Source: Candidatus Latescibacterota bacterium | GTDB taxonomy: Bacteria; Latescibacterota; UBA2968; UBA8231 | DNA length: 64,000 nt | Assembly (NCBI GenBank): GCA_965223905.1 | Contig: CBDCXV010000011.1 | Location: 896,001-960,000, forward strand | Direction of reading: 5' to 3' | In this document: positions 19,067 through 27,565 of the stretch, in pieces | Layout of the letters: each line of letters opens with the position of its first letter | How positions within the stretch are numbered: the first letter of the stretch is position 1 | The notes under the pieces: model-generated | Database searches by the model: none | What the model was told of the DNA's origin: nothing | Seen by the model: the letters and a program-made list of their open reading frames with translations, nothing else | Made by a program: the position numbers and the translations under genes

Positions 19067-22006
19067 TCAAAAAGGAGAGATGATTTCCACGAAAAGGACA
19101 TTCTGTTCCAGGTTCCGCTCTTCAAAGAGAGTGTAGTCCCGCCGGGTGCGCTGATAACCCATGAAAATGGTGGAAGCGCCCACCCCGAAGTAATCGGAGG
19201 TGATCCGCAACATGGCGGTATAGTCTCTCTGGCCGAAGGTGCGGTCTTTTTCGACGCGATCGTGGCGCTTGTAGGGCACTCCGGGAAAGCCCTGGGCCCC
19301 AACCAGGAAGTGGGTATTGCCGGTCAGTTTGTACTCCGCCATCACAATCGGAATGTACTCGGACGAGGAGAGTCGGGCATCCTCCTCGGTGTCCACGTCC
19401 TCGTACAACAGGCGGTGCTTGAATTTGGGACGCACCGTCAGGGCGCCCCTGATCCAGGTGTACTCGATTTTGTTGATCAGGGTGAAGCGCGTGCGGATAT
19501 CGTCTGGCTGCAGCAGGCCGCTGCCGTCTTCCAAGGCGATTTCGGCCTGGCTGTTGCGCACCCACAGCAGCGAATTGTTCAGATTTACATTGCGAAAACC
19601 CAGGTACTGCAAATCTACGTAGAAGGTGTTGACCCAGCTGTCGCGCATCAACAGGGGATCCGGAGTGGCAGGCCGGAAAAATCCGGGGTGCTCCGGCGGG
19701 CCATCCGGCTTGTTCAGCCAAGGTATGATATCCGCGTCGTCGGGCGGCAGGTGGAAGATATAGTTGTGGTCGGCGATATCGTCTTCGACTTTCTTCACAT
19801 CGTAGTTGATCTGCAACTCCCCCACCCCTCGCTGCTGAATTTCATAGGCATAGCGCAGGTATACGGCTTCGGCTTTGCCGCCGGCGGCGATTTCGCGGTT
19901 GGTGTACGCGCCCGCGGAAAGATTCGTCCCCAGGCCACCCAGACGGGAAACAGACAGAAAGAAGTGGCGCCCTTTCTGGTCGCGTCGATAGGGATAATCC
20001 GCCAGGTCGTCGTTTTCGCGGAAGTCCGGCAACCCATTGTTGTTGAAGTCGATGCCGTAGACAAACTCCGGGGGGTCGGCTGCGAACATCAAAAAGGGCT
20101 CTTCCCAATCCAGTTTGAAGTTCTCGTTCCGGTCCAGATCCGGAATGTTATCGAAGTTTGCGTCCAGTCCCGGGTACACGCTGGAGTTGCTCCAACCCGG
20201 GTACAAAACCCCTGAAGTGGGCACCTCGCTCAGGTCATCGTCCGGCCACTGATCATCGTCGTCGTTATCTTCCACCAAGTAGTATTCCTGGGTGCGCGAC
20301 TCCACCCGCTGCCCCGGGACAGGCTGCCGGTCTACGTGGAAGGCCATACCGCCACGGCGGCTGTCGTATCCGCCGCTGAAATCGGGCTCAAGGCGGAAAA
20401 TTTCGCCGCCGAGGTGAACACCCCAGAATAGTTCTTTGAGGCCTTTGAGCCAATAAGCCCAGGCTCTCTGGGTGCTGCGCTGGCCCTCGTTGTCGCCCAC
20501 TGGGAACATGTAGTTTTGCAGGTTGTGCGCCACCTCGCCTTCCAGACCTACGCCCACCAGATCGGCCTTCCAGTTGACCGAAGCCAGACTCTGTCCAGTG
20601 GGCATGCCGTAGTCGAAGGAAACCACGCGGCGGTTTCCCCCGGTAGCGGACCGCCCCTCTGATCTGAGGACGGTGTAATAAGGCTCTTCGGCTTCCCTGT
20701 CGATGTCCCACTTGAACGGGCGCTTGGTTCCCGCTTCGGTGCCCACAAAAGAGGCCGGCCACTCCCATTCCTCGGGCGCAATATTGCCGTTCCGATCAAT
20801 CTTGGGAAAATCGTGCTTCTGGCGCACCCCGATGCGGTAGTCGTCGGCCACCTCGGCGGTGAACCGGGCCGAGCGCACGGTGACATCGTCGGGCAGGCCG
20901 AACTCGTAGATCACGGTCTCCTTGCCCATGGCCTCGCGGCTCCCGTCGGCCTGCGACACCCCCCCCGCGACCACGGGCCGCAGCGAGGCATCGAAGTCGG
21001 GATCATCGGGGTCGCTGCTGAGCCGCACAGGCTCCCCGTCCCGTTCGCCCTCGACCACGATATCCAGGCCGTAGACCTTGCCGTTGAACTGTTCCTCCAG
21101 GGGAGAATCGTCGCCGATAAAGACCCGGATGACTCCGGGACCCAGCATAGCGTAGGGCAGGTCGCCCTTGAGGGCGCTGCTGTGGGGAGAAGACGGAAAA
21201 GACATGAGCTGGTTGAGGAAGGTGGAGCCCATACTGGCGTAGTCGCCTACTTGGTGCTGCCAGTGGAGGCCATAGACCAACACGGGTGCCAGATTGAAAG
21301 TCTCCCCCTGTGGTATGCCCCAGAAGGAAAACATCCCGTTCCGCCCACCGCGGCTATAGAACACGGTGGCGCGGTCCCGCCCGTTACCCGCGTCGAGATC
21401 CAGGCGGGCAATCCGCATGTGCCCCTGAGCCAGGGTCAGGGGCGTGAGGTAGGTGCGCACGTCCCGGCCGACCGTGGCGGACCAGTGCAGCCCCTTGTAG
21501 CTGTAGTGACCCAAGTGAAGGCTGCCCCCTCTCGGCGAGCCCCATCCCGCCCCCGATTTGTGGTCGATGAAACTGTACCCGGAATTATCCTTGCCGCTGC
21601 GCGCCTCCACGATTGAAAAAGACCGCTGGTAGTGCGGCCCCATGTAGTTGCCCAGACGGTCCCAGCGTATGTTTCTGTGCCACCAGGGCCGACCGGTATC
21701 CACGCCCCAGGGTATAGTTTCGCGCTGCCAGAGGATGTACCTTTCCTCGGCGTGATTCTGGTAGGGGACGTTGTCTCCAGTGACTAGAAAGAGCCGGTTT
21801 GGCCCTCGGCCGTAGCGGTCGAGCGGACCCCTGATGAAGGGGGGTCGCTGCTGCCACTCTGGCACCAGCCCGTAGGAAGGGTGGGGGCCGGCCGATTCTG
21901 GATGGCGCTGTGCCTCTACCCGGACGATAAGGCCGGCGCAGAGCAAGCAGAGGAGCAACGGCCATGCCCCGGGGCTATGACCTTTGCTTTTGGGCAGGTA
22001 GGACAT
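19067..22006 (-). CDS. Large exported hypothetical protein A (putative outer-membrane beta-barrel with Ca-binding-like insert)
   Basis: ATG at 22006 with GAGGGAG RBS; signal peptide ending VEA; motifs EDNDDDDQWPD, GLDANFDNIPD and DFNNNGLPDFREND; C-terminal FVEIISPF. Confidence 0.7.
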   Translation of the reverse strand: MSYLPKSKGHSPGAWPLLLCLLCAGLIVRVEAQRHPESAGPHPSYGLVPEWQQRPPFIRGPLDRYGRGPNRLFLVTGDNVPYQNHAEERYILWQRETIPWGVDTGRPWWHRNIRWDRLGNYMGPHYQRSFSIVEARSGKDNSGYSFIDHKSGAGWGSPRGGSLHLGHYSYKGLHWSATVGRDVRTYLTPLTLAQGHMRIARLDLDAGNGRDRATVFYSRGGRNGMFSFWGIPQGETFNLAPVLVYGLHWQHQVGDYASMGSTFLNQLMSFPSSPHSSALKGDLPYAMLGPGVIRVFIGDDSPLEEQFNGKVYGLDIVVEGERDGEPVRLSSDPDDPDFDASLRPVVAGGVSQADGSREAMGKETVIYEFGLPDDVTVRSARFTAEVADDYRIGVRQKHDFPKIDRNGNIAPEEWEWPASFVGTEAGTKRPFKWDIDREAEEPYYTVLRSEGRSATGGNRRVVSFDYGMPTGQSLASVNWKADLVGVGLEGEVAHNLQNYMFPVGDNEGQRSTQRAWAYWLKGLKELFWGVHLGGEIFRLEPDFSGGYDSRRGGMAFHVDRQPVPGQRVESRTQEYYLVEDNDDDDQWPDDDLSEVPTSGVLYPGWSNSSVYPGLDANFDNIPDLDRNENFKLDWEEPFLMFAADPPEFVYGIDFNNNGLPDFRENDDLADYPYRRDQKGRHFFLSVSRLGGLGTNLSAGAYTNREIAAGGKAEAVYLRYAYEIQQRGVGELQINYDVKKVEDDIADHNYIFHLPPDDADIIPWLNKPDGPPEHPGFFRPATPDPLLMRDSWVNTFYVDLQYLGFRNVNLNNSLLWVRNSQAEIALEDGSGLLQPDDIRTRFTLINKIEYTWIRGALTVRPKFKHRLLYEDVDTEEDARLSSSEYIPIVMAEYKLTGNTHFLVGAQGFPGVPYKRHDRVEKDRTFGQRDYTAMLRITSDYFGVGASTIFMGYQRTRRDYTLFEERNLEQNVLFVEIISPF

Positions 22007-22051
22007 CCTGACTCCCTCGTTTCCCACAATCCGACAGGGTACTTTAAGCAT

Positions 22052-22088
22052 AAAATTGGGGGACGGGCGCAGTGCCCGCCCCCCAAAA
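22052..22088 (-). terminator. Intrinsic terminator-like hairpin after the first operon gene
   Basis: Minus strand TTGGGGGGCGGGC-actgc-GCCCGTCCCCCAA (13-bp stem with one G-U pair) followed by TTTTA. Confidence 0.6.
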
Positions 22089-22138
22089 GAGTCGAGATAC
22101 TTCAACCAGGTTGTACTTTAGGGAAACACCCTCTTTTC

Positions 22139-23098
22139 CTACTGGTTAAAAGTAGACTTGATCCGACCCCAGGAGTCCTTTTCGACCGCCGTCGCCGAAC
22201 CGGCCGGCGTGTCGGTAAAGACGATGGTCGTGTAATAGGACTGGTCGCCACCCGGAGCGCCATAGCACACCAGCTGACCGCCGTATCCATCGTTGTTGTC
22301 CGGATCGAGGATGAGCCAGTGGAGACCCATTTCCGTACCCGCCTCGGGAATGGCCGGCAGGTCGAATCTCAGCAGGGTCTCCCAGGCGACCTTGCCCTCA
22401 ATGACGTAGTCGGCCTCGCCGCCGAACTCGTCTCCGGCATCCCGGAAGCTGTATTCAAAGCCCTCTACCAGGTCGGGATCATGAGTTTGAGTGCGCAACC
22501 CTTCGACCAGGTATTCCCAGGTGATGTTCACCGCGCTGGCATCCATGGGAGCAGCCACGAAATTGATGATGTTCATGGTCGTGTGCTGGCCATCCGGACC
22601 ATAGGGCGCCTTGGAATTGGTCAGGTCCAGGTAGATGCAGGTGCTGTCGCGCTCCCACCAGCAGAATGGATTTCCTTCGTTTTCTACATCGCGGACATTG
22701 TCGCGCACGTGCGCAATGTACCACCACGCATCCTCGTCCCAGGCGTGCCAGCTGTTACTCCAGGAATCGGCATCCGTGCGGGCTACGCTGGCCTCTTCGC
22801 CTTCGCTCTGGTTGAGCTGGTTGCCGCTTACCAGGCTGATGCCGTTTTCCTGGTCGGCCCAGCCGAACTCGGCTCCTTCCGCATTAATCGAGGAGGGCGA
22901 GCAGGGAAGCTCCAGGGAACCGGCCCATTCTTCATCGCCCCTTACGCCATCCAGGGTGGGTGGGCTGGTGAATTGAGGCAACTCGAAAACGCGAATCAGA
23001 CTCGGATCGGCATTCTGTGCTTCGCCCGTGGTCGGAATGCCCAGGAGCGCTACGAGCGGCAGGAGCAGGAAGAGTGCTGTCTTCATTGTTTCCTCCAT
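22139..23098 (-). CDS. Secreted CBM9/DOMON-like sugar-binding protein with C-terminal TAVExxSWGxIK tail
   Basis: Signal peptide ending GEA; PTLDG..DEEW, AWDEDAWWYIAHVRD and YVIEGKVAW are CBM9-like; paralog of 40407..41237. Confidence 0.72.
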   Translation of the reverse strand: MEETMKTALFLLLPLVALLGIPTTGEAQNADPSLIRVFELPQFTSPPTLDGVRGDEEWAGSLELPCSPSSINAEGAEFGWADQENGISLVSGNQLNQSEGEEASVARTDADSWSNSWHAWDEDAWWYIAHVRDNVRDVENEGNPFCWWERDSTCIYLDLTNSKAPYGPDGQHTTMNIINFVAAPMDASAVNITWEYLVEGLRTQTHDPDLVEGFEYSFRDAGDEFGGEADYVIEGKVAWETLLRFDLPAIPEAGTEMGLHWLILDPDNNDGYGGQLVCYGAPGGDQSYYTTIVFTDTPAGSATAVEKDSWGRIKSTFNQ

Positions 23099-23474
23099 GA
23101 AGGAATGGCTTCGGGTTTGTTATTCGGAAAGGGAATGCGCCGCGATCTCTTCTGACAATGCCTCCTTTCTTCATAAATATGAGCTAACATGAACTCTACG
23201 ATTGGCGGGATCAATGGGCAATTTGTCATAAAATAGAATAGATGTCAAGAAAAAAATAGACTTGATCCTCTTTGCTTCTTTCGCCTAGTTTCACCAAGGA
23301 AGTCGAACCCACAAACTAGATGGCGGCCCTGTAAGTCTCTATTTTTCGGCAGATCTTTTTCTGGTAATGCGCTGTTTATTCGGAAGTTACGGCACAATTC
23401 CTGATCGATGTTGGCCAGAAAATAGCGACGCAGAATGGCCAAACTGGTAAACAAATGAGCACACTGTCCACTAA

Positions 23475-24524
23475 TTGACAAAGATGAAAATATCAATCTT
23501 CACCAGCCTGACGTCCATCTTCTGTGCCGCATTTTGTCCGGCTTTTCCCCAGCCGCAAATCCACACCATTGGACTCGCTATTACGGATTTGGTGGAACAG
23601 GAAGCCCTTCCCGCCCACTTGCGGCGTCAGCACCCTTTATTGATGGAGGCATTGCACCGGCAGATGGCGACCCTCTTCGAGGATCTGGGCCGTTTTCAGA
23701 CCTTCGATTGGCGGGTGAGCTCCGATCGGGACAGGTACCTTTATTACGGGAAAGAATCCGTCGATTTTGTGGCGCACGTAATCGTTCACAGACTTTACAG
23801 AGTCTATAGCAATAAGATCGTGTACGCCGGTCCCTTCGAAGCCCCGACCAACTTGAGCTTCCCCTCAGCCGAGACGCAGAATGTCGAAGTGCTGTCCTTT
23901 CCGCTGGTATCTGGACGGATTGAAATAAAGCTGGTGGATCCACTAAAAGACAAGATATTCTGGTCGGCGCAACGCGACAGCAGCAGCATCGTTCCACACG
24001 ATGAGTTCCGCTTTATATACAATCCCAGCAAGTATCCCGGGGTGACTTCCCCCACCCTGATCCAAGCCTATCTGGCCGATATTCTGCGTCTGCAGCATTC
24101 CAACCCCGTAGTAGAACGCGCCCTGTATGCATCGGATCGCTGGTACATCTCCGAACCCGAGGACGATGTGGAGACCGCCCGCGGGGTGCTGGCCGATCTG
24201 GTCCGGTCTTTTTACCCTGAACTCGATGGCAACCTGCCCCTCGAAGGCCGCATCGAAGCCCTTTTAACAAAAAAGAAAAAAGGCAAACCGACCTACTTAC
24301 TCAACATCGGTTCCAAGCATGGATTGGTGCCGCGCCTGCGCTTGGACGTGTGGCGCGACACCCCTAACGAAGAGAAGATAGGCCAGATCGAGATAGTCCA
24401 GTTGAACCCCACCAGCGCTATCGCCAAACTCCGCAAACTTGAGAAGAAGATCCGCAAGCGCGGTGAGACCCTGCAGCCGGGCGACCGGGTCATCTCCCGC
24501 AGGCGCGATTCCACCCGCAGGTAG
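23475..24524 (+). CDS. Exported protein with FlgT-C-like C-terminal beta domain
   Basis: Signal peptide; C-terminal YLLNIGSKHGL..LDVWR..KIGQIEIVQLNPTSAIAK..LQPGDRV resembles the FlgT C-domain; paralog of the pseudogene at 45215..47836. Confidence 0.6.
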   Translation: MTKMKISIFTSLTSIFCAAFCPAFPQPQIHTIGLAITDLVEQEALPAHLRRQHPLLMEALHRQMATLFEDLGRFQTFDWRVSSDRDRYLYYGKESVDFVAHVIVHRLYRVYSNKIVYAGPFEAPTNLSFPSAETQNVEVLSFPLVSGRIEIKLVDPLKDKIFWSAQRDSSSIVPHDEFRFIYNPSKYPGVTSPTLIQAYLADILRLQHSNPVVERALYASDRWYISEPEDDVETARGVLADLVRSFYPELDGNLPLEGRIEALLTKKKKGKPTYLLNIGSKHGLVPRLRLDVWRDTPNEEKIGQIEIVQLNPTSAIAKLRKLEKKIRKRGETLQPGDRVISRRRDSTRR

Positions 24525-24658
24525 GGCCTGGACCCGTTGTTATGTATCTAGTTGCGATTATTTTTATAGATGTATTAGGTTGTATTAAATTGATGGGTCG
24601 AGAATATATGAGATTGTGAGATTGCGGCGCATTATTCCAACACCCGAGAAAGTGAACC

Positions 24659-25825
24659 ATGTCCACCTTGCCCCCTGATTCCCGCTTTTCCAGCCCCACC
24701 TCCGGCCTGGATCCGGCGATCCTGCTGCGCCCATTGCGCAAGGTCTTCTTGCTGTCGCTGGGAGCGGCCCTGGCACTGCATCTGGCCATCGTCGCTATCA
24801 ACCCCTTCGAGCAGACCGCCCAAAAAGCCCCGCGGCCCCTGACCACCAAGTTCATCAAGCGCGAGCCGCGCCTGACCAAGCCGCTGGAACTGCGCAAGCT
24901 GCCCCAACCCAAACGCCAGATGGTCCGCCGCCAGGTGCAGCTGGCCCAGGCGCGCATGGATCAGGTCCAGGCCACGGCCACCTTCAACACCCGCGGTCTG
25001 ATCACCCAGGTGGCAACCGCCGCCCCCCAGGCGCGTCTGGGGCAGGCCGGTCCCAGCGCCACCCTGGCCTCGATGAACCTGGAGCCGAGGCTGTCGGCGG
25101 CGGCGGTGACCGGGGTGCGCTCGCCGGACAACAAGATAGACCTGGGTCTGGAGATGATGGATGTCAACAGCATGGACACCGGGCGCTACCGGGCGATGGT
25201 CATCCAGGACCCGGAGGACCCCCAGGCGCTGAAGGGTTTCGTCAAATTCGCCTCGGTCACCTCGGCCCGCTCCATCGACTTTGGCAGTGGGGGCGGTTTC
25301 GGTCAAGGGTCCATCGACAGAGCGCGGGATGCGCTCAACCAGTACACCGGCATTCAGTCCGAATACGTCGGGCTGATTACCTTCGACGACGAGCGGCTCC
25401 TCGAAGTGCCCATCATTTTCCAGGCCAATCCCGGCAACGAGAGCGAAAAGGAGCGTATGGTTCAGTACCTGCTGGCGGGCGGCTTTGTCTACGGCAGCGT
25501 GGGCCTCGGGGACAGCCTGGAGAAGTACGGCGGGCTGGTCAGGGGGAGGGATTTCTGGTCCGAACGGCTGCCGGACGATCATCCCATCTATTCGGCGTTT
25601 TTCGACCTGGAGCGAGGGGGTCCCCCGTCGCGGGGGGGAACGGCAAGCGGCAAAGCCGGCACCATCAGCTGGGCCGCGACGACCGGCTACTTTATCAAAG
25701 GCCGCCTGGCCGGCATCACCTTCTCCAGGGCGGGTTGGACTGAGTATTTGATAGTCAACATCATCGTCTACGCCCTGACCCAGGAAGGATCCATGACCCA
25801 GCGTCTCATGCACATGGTGAATTGA
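24659..25825 (+). CDS. DUF4159-domain protein with TonB-like N-terminal anchor and Pro/Lys/Arg-rich linker
   Basis: TM helix LLSLGAALALHLAIV; linker KAPRPLTTKFIKREPRLTKP; DUF4159-like YLLAGGFV, LPDDHPIYSAFFD and VNIIVYALTQEGS. Confidence 0.72.
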   Translation: MSTLPPDSRFSSPTSGLDPAILLRPLRKVFLLSLGAALALHLAIVAINPFEQTAQKAPRPLTTKFIKREPRLTKPLELRKLPQPKRQMVRRQVQLAQARMDQVQATATFNTRGLITQVATAAPQARLGQAGPSATLASMNLEPRLSAAAVTGVRSPDNKIDLGLEMMDVNSMDTGRYRAMVIQDPEDPQALKGFVKFASVTSARSIDFGSGGGFGQGSIDRARDALNQYTGIQSEYVGLITFDDERLLEVPIIFQANPGNESEKERMVQYLLAGGFVYGSVGLGDSLEKYGGLVRGRDFWSERLPDDHPIYSAFFDLERGGPPSRGGTASGKAGTISWAATTGYFIKGRLAGITFSRAGWTEYLIVNIIVYALTQEGSMTQRLMHMVN

Positions 25826-27558
25826 TGCCGCCTGCAGCCTGTACTTGGGTCCTCTGCTTTTTTTTTGTCCTTCTGGTTCTGGCGCCGGCCTTGGCCGCCC
25901 AGCCGCAATTCACCGACCAGACCGAAGCCTCCGGCATCGCCTTCCACAACACCTTTGGCGACCCGGAAAAAAAGTACATCCTCGAAGCGCACGGCACCGG
26001 GGCCGCCTTTTTCGACTACAACAACGACGGCGACCTCGACCTCTACGTGGTCAATGGCTCCACCTTTGCCACCTACCAGCACAAGAGCGGCCCGGGCAAT
26101 GTCCTCTACGCCAACAGCGGGGACGGCACCTTTGTCAATGCCACTGCCCGGGCCGGCGTCGGTGACGCCGGTTGGGGTGCTGGTTGCGCCGTGGGCGACT
26201 ACGACAACGACAACGACCTCGACCTCTACGTGACCAACTACGGCCCCAACATCCTCTACCGCAACTACCGCAACAAAGGGGACGGCCGCTTTGCGGACAT
26301 CCGCGCCGGAGTCGGCGGCGACGACTACAGCGCCAGCGCTGTCTTTTTCGACTACGACAACGACGGCGACCTCGACCTCTACGTGACCAACTACGTGATC
26401 TTCGACGTCCACGATATGCCCGACGAGACCTTCCAGGAGGAACACTGTGTCTTCCTCGGCGGGATCCGGGTCTACTGCGGCCCCAAGGGTATGCCCGGTG
26501 CCGGAGATATCCTCTATCGCAACGATGGCAACGGGGTTTTTGCCGACGTCACGGCCTCCGCCGGTATCAGTGCGGCCAACGACTACTACGGTCTGGGCGT
26601 GGTGCCCGCAGACTACGACAACGACGGCGACCTCGACCTCTTTGTCGCCAATGATGAAACCCCCAATGTCCTTTTCCAGAACAACGGCGACGGCACCTTT
26701 GAGGATGTGGCCCTGCTCGCGGGAGTGGCCTACAATGCCGACGGCGACGAAGAGGCCGGCATGGGAGTCGATTTCGGGGACTTTGACAACGATGGAGACG
26801 AGGATCTCTACGTGACCAACTTTTTCAGAGAGACCAATACCCTCTACGAGAACGAAGGGCAGGGCACCTTTACGGATATCACTACCCTGGCCGGTCTGGC
26901 CGCGCCCACCCTGTCGCTATTGGGCTGGGGGACCCGATTTTTCGACTACGACAACGACGGCGATCTCGACCTCTTTGTCGCCAACGGCCATGTCTACCCC
27001 CAGGTCGATCAGGTGCCCGCAGGTAGTTCCTACCGACAGCCCAACCAGTTGTTCAGCAATCAGGGTAAGGGAGAATTTCTGGAAGTATCGGCCCAGTCGG
27101 GTCCGGGACTGAGCATCGAAAAGGTCAGCCGAGGCGCCAGCTTCGGAGATTACGACAACGATGGGGATGTAGACGTGTTCGTCGTCAATCTGAACGACGC
27201 ACCGAGCCTGCTGCGCAACGACGGAGGCAACAGCCACAACTGGCTCACTATCCAGGTCTTCGGCACTCGGGTGAACCGCGGCGGTGTCGGCGCCAGGATC
27301 CGCCTGGTGGCCGGTGGGAAACCCCAGTGGCGCACCATCAACGGCGCTTCCAGCTACCTCTCCCACAACGATATCCGGGCTCACTTCGGCCTGGGCAAAC
27401 AGGAGAGGGCAGATTTGATCGAGCTTACCTGGCCCGACGGCTCCACCCAGTCAGTAAGCAATGTGCCTGCCAACCACTTCCTGGTCGTCCGCCAGGGGGA
27501 AGGGCACGCCATCCTGAAAATGGGCGCCAGCCCCTACCGCCCTGAGCCGTTGCGTTGA
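25822..27558 (+). CDS. CRTAC1-family protein (FG-GAP/VCBS repeats + ASPIC/UnbV domain)
   Basis: Repeated DYDNDGDLDLYV motifs; C-terminal GASSYLSHND..HFGLG..WPDG; signal peptide. Confidence 0.92.
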   Translation: MMPPAACTWVLCFFFVLLVLAPALAAQPQFTDQTEASGIAFHNTFGDPEKKYILEAHGTGAAFFDYNNDGDLDLYVVNGSTFATYQHKSGPGNVLYANSGDGTFVNATARAGVGDAGWGAGCAVGDYDNDNDLDLYVTNYGPNILYRNYRNKGDGRFADIRAGVGGDDYSASAVFFDYDNDGDLDLYVTNYVIFDVHDMPDETFQEEHCVFLGGIRVYCGPKGMPGAGDILYRNDGNGVFADVTASAGISAANDYYGLGVVPADYDNDGDLDLFVANDETPNVLFQNNGDGTFEDVALLAGVAYNADGDEEAGMGVDFGDFDNDGDEDLYVTNFFRETNTLYENEGQGTFTDITTLAGLAAPTLSLLGWGTRFFDYDNDGDLDLFVANGHVYPQVDQVPAGSSYRQPNQLFSNQGKGEFLEVSAQSGPGLSIEKVSRGASFGDYDNDGDVDVFVVNLNDAPSLLRNDGGNSHNWLTIQVFGTRVNRGGVGARIRLVAGGKPQWRTINGASSYLSHNDIRAHFGLGKQERADLIELTWPDGSTQSVSNVPANHFLVVRQGEGHAILKMGASPYRPEPLR

Positions 27559-27565
27559 GGCGGTT

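Noticed and set aside
26000-27200. Recurring GACTACGACAACGACGGCGACCTCGACCTCT repeats resembling a CRISPR or DNA repeat array
   Set aside because: They are in-frame FG-GAP (DYDNDGDLDL) coding repeats with irregular spacing, and no cas genes are present.
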